This document shows positions 1 to 10,076 of a stretch of 38,806 nucleotides of DNA, piece after piece. The DNA is from Aquabacterium sp. (GTDB lineage Bacteria > Pseudomonadota > Gammaproteobacteria > Burkholderiales > Burkholderiaceae_C), in contig NZ_SCTN01000387.1 of NCBI RefSeq assembly GCF_004297345.1, forward strand, positions 1 to 38,806, written 5' to 3'. The notes under the pieces were generated by a model that did not search any database, was not told the DNA's origin, and was given only the letters and a program-made list of their open reading frames with translations. Every line of letters starts with the position of its first letter. Position 1 is the stretch's first letter. Both the position numbers and the translations under genes were made by a program.

Positions 1-450
1 GGCGCATCTGAACAGGGCGTGATGAGCTTCCTGCTCACGGCCGGCGCCATCGGCTTGCTCTACAAGGAGAACGCCTCCATCTCAGGCGCGGAAGTGGGCT
101 GCCAGGGCGAGGTGGGCGTGGCCTGCTCCATAGCCGCAGCGGGCTTGTGCGCCGTACTTGGCGGCACGCCGGCTCAGATCGAGAACGCGGCAGAAATCGG
201 CATGGAGCATCACCTGGGCCTGACCTGCGACCCTGTGGGCGGGCTGGTTCAGATCCCCTGCATCGAGCGCAACGCGATTGCCGCCGTCAAGGCCATCAAC
301 GCGGCACGGCTTGCTCTCCATGGCGATGGCTCCCACCGGGTCAGCCTGGACAAGGTCATTCAGACCATGCGAGAAACCGGAGCCGACATGAAAGACAAAT
401 ACAAGGAAACCGCACGTGGCGGACTGGCCGTGAACATCGTGGCGTGCTGA
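1..450 (+). CDS. sdaA: L-serine ammonia-lyase (Fe-S dependent), C-terminal part; gene begins upstream of the window
   Basis: Motifs [53 protein letters not shown]. The frame is open back to base 1 (GASEQGVM...). Confidence 0.96.
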   Translation, partial: GASEQGVMSFLLTAGAIGLLYKENASISGAEVGCQGEVGVACSIAAAGLCAVLGGTPAQIENAAEIGMEHHLGLTCDPVGGLVQIPCIERNAIAAVKAINAARLALHGDGSHRVSLDKVIQTMRETGADMKDKYKETARGGLAVNIVAC

Positions 451-572
451 TTTACTGACACAACACAGAATGTGCTCTAAATTCAACAACCGAATGTGAC
501 CTTGGTCGCCGGAACACCTGATCAGGCTATCTACAATTCGGACAAACGCGTGATCCAGCAGCACCCACCACA

Positions 573-1043
573 ATGAGCGATTCGGAACTTTTTGTAGCCC
601 ACGTACCGGGCATTCAATATGGCGTGCTGGACAACTTGATGGGCTATGCCGTGCGGCGGGCCCAGATCAAGATGTACGAGAAATTCATTCTCGCGCTGGA
701 GCCTTGGGGCATCACGCCGCCCAGGTTCTCGGCCATGGTCATCGTGTCGCTGAACCCTGGCTTGAAGCTCACGCAACTGGCCAAGATCATGGGTATCGCG
801 CGATCAGGCGCCGTGATCCTGGTGGATGCGCTGGAAGAGCTGAGTTATATGCAACGTCTGCCCGCGCCAGAAGATCGCCGGGCCTTCAGTCTGGCCCTGA
901 CGGACAAGGGCAAGGCCGACCTGATCAAGATCACGCAAGCCGTGCAAAAACAGGATGAAGAGGTGGTGCAAGGCCTGAACTCAACCGAGCAGGCGCAATT
1001 GCATGGCCTGCTGCTCAAGCTGTGCGGGATCAATGCGGGCTGA
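573..1043 (+). CDS. MarR-family transcriptional regulator
   Basis: 156 aa with winged-helix pattern: ITPPRFSAM...LTQLAKIMGIARSGAVILVDALEE...DRRAFSLALTDKG. Confidence 0.92.
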   Translation: MSDSELFVAHVPGIQYGVLDNLMGYAVRRAQIKMYEKFILALEPWGITPPRFSAMVIVSLNPGLKLTQLAKIMGIARSGAVILVDALEELSYMQRLPAPEDRRAFSLALTDKGKADLIKITQAVQKQDEEVVQGLNSTEQAQLHGLLLKLCGINAG

Positions 1044-1046
1044 GCA

Positions 1047-3650
1047 TCAAGCCCGATTCAACAAGCTTTGACGACGCCAAGCCGCCCCACCCAGCAAACA
1101 TTGCAACTGACGCGCATCCGACATGCGCAGCCCTTGACGCGAACCTGAGCGATAGCCCTCGCCTCCCAGCAACTGGGCACCATGCACCGTGAGCTCACAG
1201 GCTTGCCCACTGACATGCAGCAAGGCGAACTGAGCGCCATCCCCCGGCATGCCGCCCGACATGGCCGACTGCAAGGTAGCTTGCATCACGCTCAAGCGCT
1301 CCTGCATCAAGGACAGGATGCGGCGCACCTCACCCCAGCCCAGCAAGCTGCCACCACCTTGCTGACGGCTGGATGCGTGTGCCAGGCCTTCTTGCAGACT
1401 GGCCCTTGAAACACCGCACAGCATGGCCATCACAGCCGGCGCCAACAAGCCAGACAGGCGCCTGAACAAGGCAGGCGCCAGCTCGCCTTTGAGGATCTCG
1501 CATGGCACGCCGCCGAATTCGACGTCATTGATGCCACAGTTGGCCAAGCCCAAGGTCAGCAAGCGTTCGCCACGGATCACGGCAGGATGCGACAGGTCCA
1601 CGACAGCAAGTTGCATGGTCTGATCACGCCCTTGCACGGGCAGCACGGCCCATCGGGCATGGGTGCCCAGCAGCAACATGTCAATCTGACCGCGCAAGTA
1701 ACCTTGTGCATCCACTGCCGGCCAGAGCTGATCATGGAGGCCGTGAAAGGCCGGCCAGGCCAGCCATTCGCCCGACAACTCACGCATCAGGGGCGCATGC
1801 TCGGCGCTGGTATCGCCATACCGCAAGGCCAGATGGGCCGCCGCGCTGCCGTACACAGCCGCCGCCATGCCGGCATCACCGGCGGACAAAGCCTCCAGCA
1901 CCTGGCACAAGGCGTCCAGCGATGTATCTTGCGTACCGGCACTGGCCTCACTGCACAGATTGGCCCAACCCAGGCCATGCATGTGGTCCAGCGCGGACTG
2001 GAACGACAGACCAGGCAACTGCGTCCTGGCAAACTGATCGGCAGCGCGCCACCAATCGCTCTGCGGCGCCGAGACCCAGTTCATGCGTGCATCAGGTAGC
2101 GCCAACGCTTCGTCTTCACGCATGAAGACACGCACACCCTGGTCAGGGCGCAAGCGGCACTTGAACAGGTTGATGCGGTTGATCTGATCGGTGCCTTCGT
2201 AGATCTGCAACAGCTTGGCATCACGCAGGCGCTTTTCAATGCCGATCTCGTGGCGCAAGCCATCAGCCCCCGTCAACTCCAGCGCCAGGCCGGCATTGCT
2301 CATGGCCAGATCCGCGCCGGCGAACTTGGCCAGCGAGGCCAGACCTGAAATCAGGTTCTGCCACTCCTTGGGTTGCCCATCCAGAAAGCGCTTCTGGAAC
2401 CAATGCGTGGCATCTGGAGACTGCAGCACACGGCGCGCTGCAAAGCGCCAGACGCTGGCCGGAGCCAACTGGTCCGCCCAATACAAGGGCCGAAAGAACA
2501 TCGTTCGGAACAAGCCACCCAGACCATTGGCCAGGGCCGATTCCAGATAAGCCTGGCGCGCCAGAATGGCGTTCTTGTTCATCTCGGCCAGGGTGGTCTG
2601 CGCCCATTGCTGCTCGATCAGCCGCCCGCCGGGCAAGACCTTGCGTGCCGCGTAATCCCGGGCGCCTTCATAAGCGCCACGGGCCGCGCCCGCCGCAAAG
2701 GCGCCCACGCCGGCACGCGTGCAGGCCGTGATGTAGTCCATCAGCGTCTGGGCGACTTCGCGATAGGGCCGCTTGAGGTCCTTGGCCCGTCGGCGGTCAA
2801 TGGCCACGCAATCGGCGGGCACGTGCACGCCGTCGAAGATCAACTCGGACGCCACACAGGCGCGCTGTCCCAGCTTGTCCATCATCTCGCCAACGCGCAC
2901 ACCGGGCATGTCGGCCCGAACGGCCAGGACGACCATGGTGTCGGCAGGCTGGGCCAGATCTTCATAGGCCACCACCATGTGCCAGGTGGATACATGGCCG
3001 TTGGAGATGTAGCTCTTGCGTCCCGTGAGGATGTAGCTGCCATCAGGCTGGGCCACCGCCTGCGTGAGCAAGTTGGCCTGCGACAGCAATTGGATGTCGG
3101 TGGTGTCCGTGCCCGCTTGTGGTTCGTTGAGCGCCAGGCTCAAAAGGCAGGGCTCCCCCCGGCGCTCGCCCGCACACACTTCGGCAGAAATCTTCGCGGC
3201 CAGGCGCAGGTTCCAGGCGGCCATCAAAGCGCCCTGCCCCATGTAGTGCACGCCGATCAAGGAGGACACACCCGCACAGGCCGAGGCCACCTCTTCCAGA
3301 AAGGCATATAGCGACAGGTAGTTCCAGCCCTTGCCGCCGAACAACACCGGCACCCACAGCGTGAACAGGCCCCACTCGCCCGCCTGGCGGATCAGCTCGC
3401 GCGGGATGTAGGCTGGATCATCCATGGCCTGGCGATCGATCTGCAAGGCCCAGGGCCGCACCACTTCGGCGTTGAAGCGTTGTGCCAACTCCAGCGCATC
3501 GACCACATCCTGGCGCACGGCAGAAGGCAGGTCGCTGACGGCTGCCAGCGCGGCAGACCAGTCCGCCACCGAATGACGCAGACGCTCGGCATCTGCGCTG
3601 GGGCTTCTTTCCTTGATGGATGGCAAATAAGCGCCGTCCGGATGGGTCAT
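1047..3650 (-). CDS. Fused two-domain acyl-CoA dehydrogenase (intact N-terminal ACAD plus degenerate C-terminal ACAD)
   Basis: N-half has ALNEPQAGTD, LTGRKSYISNG, KLGQRAC..SELIFDGV, RDAKLLQIYEGT. C-half repeats ACAD-like motifs (LEALSAGDAG, RQQGGGSLLGW, QLLGGEGY). Confidence 0.88.
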   Translation of the reverse strand: MTHPDGAYLPSIKERSPSADAERLRHSVADWSAALAAVSDLPSAVRQDVVDALELAQRFNAEVVRPWALQIDRQAMDDPAYIPRELIRQAGEWGLFTLWVPVLFGGKGWNYLSLYAFLEEVASACAGVSSLIGVHYMGQGALMAAWNLRLAAKISAEVCAGERRGEPCLLSLALNEPQAGTDTTDIQLLSQANLLTQAVAQPDGSYILTGRKSYISNGHVSTWHMVVAYEDLAQPADTMVVLAVRADMPGVRVGEMMDKLGQRACVASELIFDGVHVPADCVAIDRRRAKDLKRPYREVAQTLMDYITACTRAGVGAFAAGAARGAYEGARDYAARKVLPGGRLIEQQWAQTTLAEMNKNAILARQAYLESALANGLGGLFRTMFFRPLYWADQLAPASVWRFAARRVLQSPDATHWFQKRFLDGQPKEWQNLISGLASLAKFAGADLAMSNAGLALELTGADGLRHEIGIEKRLRDAKLLQIYEGTDQINRINLFKCRLRPDQGVRVFMREDEALALPDARMNWVSAPQSDWWRAADQFARTQLPGLSFQSALDHMHGLGWANLCSEASAGTQDTSLDALCQVLEALSAGDAGMAAAVYGSAAAHLALRYGDTSAEHAPLMRELSGEWLAWPAFHGLHDQLWPAVDAQGYLRGQIDMLLLGTHARWAVLPVQGRDQTMQLAVVDLSHPAVIRGERLLTLGLANCGINDVEFGGVPCEILKGELAPALFRRLSGLLAPAVMAMLCGVSRASLQEGLAHASSRQQGGGSLLGWGEVRRILSLMQERLSVMQATLQSAMSGGMPGDGAQFALLHVSGQACELTVHGAQLLGGEGYRSGSRQGLRMSDARQLQCLLGGAAWRRQSLLNRA

Positions 3651-3654
3651 CGTG

Positions 3655-4251
3655 TCACTTGCTCAAGATCGCCTGAATGGTGCGCACGATCAGCTTGATA
3701 TCCGTCCACACCGAGGCTTGATCCACATAGCTTGCCGCCAGGGCCAGCTTGTGGGGCATCACCTCGTGAATATAGGCGTATTCGGGGTCCGTGGCACGTG
3801 CAAGCACATTGCTTTCGTCACGGTATTCGATAGATGCGATATCCGTGATGCCTGGGCGCACGGACAGGATTTTTTCGCGCAGGCCTGCCGGGTAGTGCGC
3901 CACGTAACGCGGCACTTCCGGGCGCGGCCCCACCAGGCTCATGTCACCCAGCCACACATCGATCAACTGCGCCAACTCGTCGAGTTTGGTGCTGCGCAAG
4001 AAGCCGCCAACTCCGGTGATGCGGCTGTCAGCGCCCACCGTGATCTGCAAGCCCTGGCCTGCAGGCTCATGCCGCATGGTGCGGAACTTGTGGATGCGAA
4101 ATGGCGCGCCATGGCGCCCGACGCGCTCTTGCCGATAAAACACCGGCCCTGGCGAATCCAGCTTGACCGCCAGCGCGATGAGCAGCAGCACAGGCGCCAG
4201 CATCAGCAGGCCCAGTGTGGACAGGATCCAGTCGAACAGTCGCTTGCTCAT
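3655..4251 (-). CDS. Bacterial sugar transferase (initiating undecaprenyl-phosphate phosphoglycosyl transferase, PglC/WcaJ-type)
   Basis: KRLFD, SPGPVFYRQERVG, KFRTM, LDEL.QL, GDMSLVGPRPE, RPGIT motifs. Confidence 0.95.
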   Translation of the reverse strand: MSKRLFDWILSTLGLLMLAPVLLLIALAVKLDSPGPVFYRQERVGRHGAPFRIHKFRTMRHEPAGQGLQITVGADSRITGVGGFLRSTKLDELAQLIDVWLGDMSLVGPRPEVPRYVAHYPAGLREKILSVRPGITDIASIEYRDESNVLARATDPEYAYIHEVMPHKLALAASYVDQASVWTDIKLIVRTIQAILSK

Positions 4252-4285
4252 CTACCGCACCTGAATGGTCGCATCAGTGGCCGCA

Positions 4286-5488
4286 TCAAGCCTTGCCGAA
4301 GGCCTTGCGCACGGCCTTGATCACGCGCTCGACATCGTCGTCCGTCATCTTGGTGTACAGCGGCAAGGTCACCATGCGCTCGTACGCCTTCTGGCTGTGC
4401 GGGAACTGCTCGGGCTTGAGGTCGTAGCGATCCTTCCAGTAGGGGTGCAGGTGCAGCGGGATGTAGTGCACGCTCACGCCAATGCCATCGGCAAAGAGGC
4501 TGTCGATCAACTGGTCGCGGTTGATGGTGGCCTCGTCCGTCAGGCGAACCACGTACAGATGCCAGGAGTGCAGATCACCGGCATGTTGCGGGCGCGGCGG
4601 CAGGATCAGCGGCAGATCGGCCAGGGCCTCGTCAAAGCGCGATGCGATCTGCTCGCGGCGCACCTGGAAACCGCTCACGCGCTGCAACTGATGCAAGCCG
4701 AGTGCGGCGGCAATGTCGGTCAGGTTGTACTTGAAGCCGGGGGCGACGATCTCGTAGTACCAGCTGGGCACCTTGGCCGTGAAGCGGTCGAAGGCATCGC
4801 GGTTGATGCCATGCAGGCGCATGACCTTGGCACGCGCCGCCAGTTGCGCATCACGCGTGACCAGCATGCCACCTTCGCCTGTGGTCATGGTCTTGTTGGC
4901 ATAGAAGCTGAAAACCACGGCATCGCTCTGCAAGGTGCCGATCAACTGCTGCTTGTACGTGGTGGGCAGCGCATGGGCCGCGTCTTCCACGATCTTCAAG
5001 TTGTGCTTCTTCGCGATCGCGAAGATGGCGTCCATGTCCACCGACAGGCCGGCATAGTGCACCGGCATGATGGCCTTGGTACGCGGGGTGATCATGGCCT
5101 CGATCGCTGCCGGGTCGATGTTGAGCGTGGCGGGATCGATGTCCACCAGCTTGACGTCAGCGCCCAGGTAGCGCACCACTTCGGCGGTGGCCGTGAAGGT
5201 GTGCGTGGTCGTGATGACCTCGTCGCCAGGGCCGATGCCCAAGGCTTCCAGCGCCAGATGCAGGCCGGCCGTGGCCGAGTTCACGGCGATGGATTGCAGG
5301 CTGTCATCGCCCGAATCACCCACGAGGTAAGCAGTGAAGGCTTGCTCGAACTTGCGGGCCTTGGGGCCGGTTGTGACCCAGCCGGAGCGCAGGGTGTCGA
5401 CCACTTCTGCGATCTCTTCCTCGCCGATTTCAGGCAAGGCGAAAGGCAGGAAGGGCAAGGTCTTATCGGCAGATGAAGAGGAACTCAT
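4286..5488 (-). CDS. DegT/DnrJ/EryC1/StrS PLP-dependent sugar aminotransferase
   Basis: [45 protein letters not shown]. Confidence 0.96.
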   Translation of the reverse strand: MSSSSSADKTLPFLPFALPEIGEEEIAEVVDTLRSGWVTTGPKARKFEQAFTAYLVGDSGDDSLQSIAVNSATAGLHLALEALGIGPGDEVITTTHTFTATAEVVRYLGADVKLVDIDPATLNIDPAAIEAMITPRTKAIMPVHYAGLSVDMDAIFAIAKKHNLKIVEDAAHALPTTYKQQLIGTLQSDAVVFSFYANKTMTTGEGGMLVTRDAQLAARAKVMRLHGINRDAFDRFTAKVPSWYYEIVAPGFKYNLTDIAAALGLHQLQRVSGFQVRREQIASRFDEALADLPLILPPRPQHAGDLHSWHLYVVRLTDEATINRDQLIDSLFADGIGVSVHYIPLHLHPYWKDRYDLKPEQFPHSQKAYERMVTLPLYTKMTDDDVERVIKAVRKAFGKA

Positions 5489-5519
5489 GGATGTCTCTCT
5501 CAGGTAATCAGGTACGCGC

Positions 5520-6638
5520 TCATCGCGCAGCAGGCTTGCCGCGCGTCAGGCGACCAAAGGCAGGATCCGGACGACCACGCACGATGGCATCCCACCAACC
5601 GCGCAGCGAGCCCAGGCCGTAGCCGAAGTGATAGGCCGCAATCACATCAGGCAGATGCCGCATCAGGTCACGGCCCTGCTGGCGGGCAATGCTGAAGCTG
5701 ATGGCATACACGGCCATGCCATACAACAAGGCTTGCAACATCAGGCCACTGGCTGTGATAAGCGTGCCCCAGATCATCACGGTACGCGCGGCACCGAACG
5801 GCAGGTAGCTCATTCCCAGGCTGCCGACCAGCGTCAGCAGCAAGAGCAGCAACATGCATCCCACGAACAAGCCCGGAATCAGATGCCGCAAGGCCGCTGC
5901 CTGCCCGTGCTTTTTCATCACGAAGGGCTTCCAGTAACCGTATTGACGGTACTGGCGGAACACGTCCATCTTGCTGGCACGCGGGAAGTAGGTGGAGCGG
6001 ATGCTGGCCGATTGCCAGATGCGCCCGCCACCTTTGTGGATGCGCAGATTGTGTTCGTCATCCTGGTTGCGCACCAGGGTTTCGTCAAAGCCGCCAAAGC
6101 GCTCGAAGGTCTGGCGCGGCCAGGAGCCGAGGTAGACGGTATCCACTTCACCCTCGTAAGCCAGATCACGCGAGAGCGCGCCACCGGCTACCAGGCGGGA
6201 TTGGAAGGCTGCTGCAATGGCGCGTTGTACCGTGCCTTGCTCACCGTCCACGCCCTGGGCCTTCCAGGGGCCGCCCACGTTGTCGGCACCGGTGCGCTGC
6301 CAGGTGGCCAGGCATTGCGCGATGTAATCAGGGGCATAAACCGTGTGCACATCCAGGCGCACGATGAACTCGCCTCGGGCTTTTTCAATGCAACGGTTCA
6401 GGCCGCACGACACGATGCGGCCGGGGTTGTCCAGCATCACGAAGCGACTGTCATGGGCACACACAGCGGCCAGGCGCTCCCGGGTGCCGTCATCGCTCAT
6501 GCCGTCAGCAATCAGCACCTCCAGCGCCCAGCCATCAGGCACGGCTTGCGCGGCCACACTGCGGCAGAAAGCCTCGATGTAGTCCTGCTCGTTGCGGCAG
6601 GGCACGATGACCGAAACGGTGTTCAGTTGGCCTGGCAT
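5520..6638 (-). CDS. Family 2 glycosyltransferase (ExoA-like)
   Basis: [43 protein letters not shown]-terminal hydrophobic helices. Start placed at ATG 6638 to avoid overlap with the upstream gene. Confidence 0.9.
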   Translation of the reverse strand: MPGQLNTVSVIVPCRNEQDYIEAFCRSVAAQAVPDGWALEVLIADGMSDDGTRERLAAVCAHDSRFVMLDNPGRIVSCGLNRCIEKARGEFIVRLDVHTVYAPDYIAQCLATWQRTGADNVGGPWKAQGVDGEQGTVQRAIAAAFQSRLVAGGALSRDLAYEGEVDTVYLGSWPRQTFERFGGFDETLVRNQDDEHNLRIHKGGGRIWQSASIRSTYFPRASKMDVFRQYRQYGYWKPFVMKKHGQAAALRHLIPGLFVGCMLLLLLLTLVGSLGMSYLPFGAARTVMIWGTLITASGLMLQALLYGMAVYAISFSIARQQGRDLMRHLPDVIAAYHFGYGLGSLRGWWDAIVRGRPDPAFGRLTRGKPAAR

Positions 6639-6649
6639 GGGCAGACGGT

Positions 6650-7780
6650 TCAGCGCGCCGACGCGCGATGACGCTTGATGCGCGGCACAGCGGGGTGCAA
6701 AAGCTTCTGATAGAGGCGCCACATGGCGTCCATCTGGCCACGGCGCGAAGCATCACGCTCGATGCGCTCGCGGTTATACAAACCCATCTGGGCTGCCTGC
6801 ATCGGGTGGTCGTATGCGGTGACCAGTGCCTGCGTGACTGCATCCACATCGCGCACAGGCACGATCCAGCCGCCCTTGTCGTCGATCCACTGGCGGTTGG
6901 CTGGCAAGTCAGACGCGATGATGGGCAGGCCGCAAGCCATGGACTCCAGCACCGACACCGAGGTGGCATCGCTGGTCGGCACGGACACGCTCACCTTGCT
7001 GCGCTGGATGGCGTTGACCATCTCGACGTCACCTACGCGACCATGGAAGCGCACCTGCTGCAAGAGGCGCAACTCTTGCACACGGGCTTCAAGCGCCGAT
7101 TGCATGGGGCCGCCGCCCAGCAAGTGCAGGCGGGCATGCGATTGCGGGCGCAGCGTCAGGAAACGAGAGAAGGCTTCCAGAATCAGGTCGATGTTGTAGT
7201 TGGCCTCCCAGGTGCGCAGGCTGATGACATCGAAGTCCTCGCCTGGGTTGCCCGGCACGAACTTGTCGGTATCGGCGCCCCACAGGATCTGATGGCACGG
7301 TGCAGAAGGGTGGTAGCGCGCGATCTCGTCGAGCATGTCCATCGAATCGGCCGTGATCAGATCGGCATGACGCAAGGACCATCCCACCACCGCCCGCATC
7401 AGGCGGCTGCGGCGCGGCGTGACCAGAATGTCACTGCCCCAGGCGGTCAGCACCGTGGGCACCTTGAGGCCGCACATCGCCGCCCACAGGCCGTAAGACG
7501 TCACGTAGTGGCCGTGCACCAGCGTGGGCTTGAAGCGTTTGGCCACCTCACGGGCGACCTGGCGCACCTTGAGCAAGGCCTTGAACCACGTCAGCTTGTC
7601 ATTGCCCGGCGCGATGGCGATGACTTCACGCGCACCCGGCACCTCGGCAGGCTGGCGTGTGATGACGATCGCTTCGGCACCGCGCTCAACCGCAGCGGCC
7701 ACCCAGCGGCGCGTGTGCACGCTGGACGCATCGGCAAAAAAGAGGATGCGCACGGCGGCGTCATCTGGGCGACGGCTCAT
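6650..7780 (-). CDS. Family 4 (GT-B) glycosyltransferase
   Basis: VHGHYVTSYG, TAWGSDIL, SVLESMACGLPIIASDLP. The start ATG at 7780 overlaps the upstream stop (ATGA coupling). Confidence 0.92.
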   Translation of the reverse strand: MSRRPDDAAVRILFFADASSVHTRRWVAAAVERGAEAIVITRQPAEVPGAREVIAIAPGNDKLTWFKALLKVRQVAREVAKRFKPTLVHGHYVTSYGLWAAMCGLKVPTVLTAWGSDILVTPRRSRLMRAVVGWSLRHADLITADSMDMLDEIARYHPSAPCHQILWGADTDKFVPGNPGEDFDVISLRTWEANYNIDLILEAFSRFLTLRPQSHARLHLLGGGPMQSALEARVQELRLLQQVRFHGRVGDVEMVNAIQRSKVSVSVPTSDATSVSVLESMACGLPIIASDLPANRQWIDDKGGWIVPVRDVDAVTQALVTAYDHPMQAAQMGLYNRERIERDASRRGQMDAMWRLYQKLLHPAVPRIKRHRASAR

Positions 7781-8433
7781 GCGGGCTCCTGACCGGCGGC
7801 TTGTCCCTGCTGCGCACCCAGTGCGCGACGCAGGTTGTCCTTGCCGGCCCACTGCGCATACAGCGCGTGCAACTCAGGATGGCGCTGCAGCGTGGCGCGG
7901 TCCAGTTCGCGGGTATCGCCCATGACCACAGCTGGCTTGCCATGCGCCTGCGGCCCCACGATGGCGAAATCCGGCACCACGCCGGACACAAAACTGTAGC
8001 CCTGCACGATGACGCCTTTGCCGATCTTGGCGCCCGGCGCGATCACGCTGTGCGGGCCGATGAAGCTGTAGGCGCCAATGTGGGTGGCCTTGCGCACATA
8101 GCCTGCAGGATTGGGATCGTTGATGTAGCGGCGCCCCATCACCCGCACGGCCTTGTGGCTGGAATGGCTGAGGATGGACGCGTAGTTGGTGACCTGGGTG
8201 CCCTCTTCGATCACCAGGCCGTTGGAGCCGTCGATGCGGTTGAAGTGCCCGATGAAAACGTGATCGCCCAACTTCAGCCCTTCCAGGCCCTCGAAACAGG
8301 TGTGGGTGCTGACGCGGGTATGGGGGCACCAGCTGCCGTCCGCGTTCGCCCAGCCATACAGGATGCGCGGGCCGGTGAAGGCCGAGAGCAAGCGCGCAAC
8401 TGGATGTTTGAGTTTCTGGATCAGGGCAGACAT
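7777..8433 (-). CDS. Hexapeptide-repeat (left-handed beta-helix) acyltransferase
   Basis: LKLGDHVFIG, LVIEEGTQV, HIGAYSFIGPHSVIAPGAKIGKGVIV repeats; lies within the glycan operon. Confidence 0.9.
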   Translation of the reverse strand: MSALIQKLKHPVARLLSAFTGPRILYGWANADGSWCPHTRVSTHTCFEGLEGLKLGDHVFIGHFNRIDGSNGLVIEEGTQVTNYASILSHSSHKAVRVMGRRYINDPNPAGYVRKATHIGAYSFIGPHSVIAPGAKIGKGVIVQGYSFVSGVVPDFAIVGPQAHGKPAVVMGDTRELDRATLQRHPELHALYAQWAGKDNLRRALGAQQGQAAGQEPA

Positions 8434-8562
8434 GAAGGGAAAGCGGAAAACCTCAGGACACCACAGGGGCTGAACCGTGTATTGTCCCTGATCCTGCCGG
8501 TGCGGCCAGGCGCCGAGCCTGGGGAACGGGCTGGAAGCCCCGTGAACCGGTGGTGAGCCCCG

Positions 8563-9981
8563 CTAAACCCGCGTCAAGGAGGGCTGCCACAGCGCCCTGA
8601 CCGGCAGCCCTGCGTGCTTGAGAAACACCCCGTACGCCGCCACGATAGCCACGATATAGCCGGTGCTGGATGCCACCCCGGCCCCCAGCGGCCCCCACAT
8701 CGGCACCAGGAACCAGCCCACGCAGAAGCTGATCGTCAGCGACATGCCCGCGATCGCCCCGGACAACTGCGGCCGCCCCAGATGGTTCGTATAAAACGCC
8801 GACAAGCTGGACGCCGCCGCGTAAGCCGCCACACCAGGCAACAGTGCAGCCAAAGGCAGCAACGACGCTTCGTAAGCCGGCCCCATCACCCAGGGCAGCC
8901 CCCACCATGCCAGGCCCAACAGCACCGGCGCCGCCAGCAAGGTGGACAGCACATTGATGCGCACGGCCTGCACGGTCATGGCCGCGGCAATCTTCACGTC
9001 AGGGTGCCCAATACGCGAGTACACCGACACCGTCACCGACGAGGACAGCAACCACAGCAACTCCGCCGCGGTCACGGCAACGGAGTAAATACCCGTCGTA
9101 CTCAAACCATCAAAGCGCTCAACCAGAAACAGCGACACCCGGTAATTCATTAGGCCGATCACATTGGTGATGCCGATGGTGGCCACAAAGGGCCATTGCG
9201 CCCACCAGTTCGGCGGCTTTTGCAGGAAAGCCATCAGGCGCGAGCCCGCAAAGCTGTCTTCCAGCCGCTCATCACGCTGGCGGGCATGACGCAAAGCATA
9301 AAACGCAGTAACAACGGCCACGATGGACTTGCCCGTCACCCAGGCTGTCAACACCAGCAACACGGTAGAGCTGGAGCGGCTCCCCTGCCCACCCTGCGTG
9401 ATCCACCAGGCACCACCCAGACCAATCAGCACGGAGGCCGGCGCCGACACCTGGGCCACATTGATCGGCCACATCCTGCCCTCGCCCAACCACAAGCCCG
9501 TGGCAGTGGGCACCAGCAACAGGAAAGGTGCCGCCAAGGCCAACAGCCACAGATAGGTATAGGGCATGGCCTTGGCCCACCAGGACACCCCCAGCAGCAC
9601 CAGCGAGGCCAGCAAGCCCAAGGCCACAGCCGCCCGCAGCACACCCTGCAACATCGGTAAAGCCTGGCCATGCTGCCCATCGGCCTGCTGGGACATCTGC
9701 CGCGCCAGCCACAGGCCCAATCCGGTAAACAAGGTCAACAAGGCCGATTCCACCGCCACAAACAGCGCAAAAGCACCTTGCACCTGCGGCCCGTGGCGCG
9801 CCACCGTCACCGTGATGGCCAAGCCCAGGCCCACCATCATCAGTTTGGCGATCAGGTTCCCCAACGCGGCCTTGGGCAGCGCACGCAGGGCCTGCTGAAG
9901 CGCCACAAGGCGCCCGCGAGGCACTTCGGCCCCGGTCGAGCCCCCCTGAACGGCTGGTGGACGGGAATCTTGAACGGACAT
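8563..9981 (-). CDS. Wzx/MOP-family oligosaccharide flippase
   Basis: Many hydrophobic segments, TGIYSVAV and WGPLGAGVASS motifs, head of the glycan cluster. Start uncertain (9981, 9990 or 10008). Confidence 0.85.
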   Translation of the reverse strand: MSVQDSRPPAVQGGSTGAEVPRGRLVALQQALRALPKAALGNLIAKLMMVGLGLAITVTVARHGPQVQGAFALFVAVESALLTLFTGLGLWLARQMSQQADGQHGQALPMLQGVLRAAVALGLLASLVLLGVSWWAKAMPYTYLWLLALAAPFLLLVPTATGLWLGEGRMWPINVAQVSAPASVLIGLGGAWWITQGGQGSRSSSTVLLVLTAWVTGKSIVAVVTAFYALRHARQRDERLEDSFAGSRLMAFLQKPPNWWAQWPFVATIGITNVIGLMNYRVSLFLVERFDGLSTTGIYSVAVTAAELLWLLSSSVTVSVYSRIGHPDVKIAAAMTVQAVRINVLSTLLAAPVLLGLAWWGLPWVMGPAYEASLLPLAALLPGVAAYAAASSLSAFYTNHLGRPQLSGAIAGMSLTISFCVGWFLVPMWGPLGAGVASSTGYIVAIVAAYGVFLKHAGLPVRALWQPSLTRV

Positions 9982-10076
9982 GTGCGCCATTGTCGCCCAG
10001 GGTTTCATACAATCTAGGGTTTGGCCTGAATCGCGCCTGCGGCGACCAGCCGCCCCGCTAACCCTGATCCTCCGTC

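Noticed and set aside
8500-8525. CCAGGCTCGG on the minus strand, like the 3' part of an SAH riboswitch
   Set aside because: The upstream GAGGAGCGYTGC core is absent and the downstream gene is unrelated to SAH metabolism.
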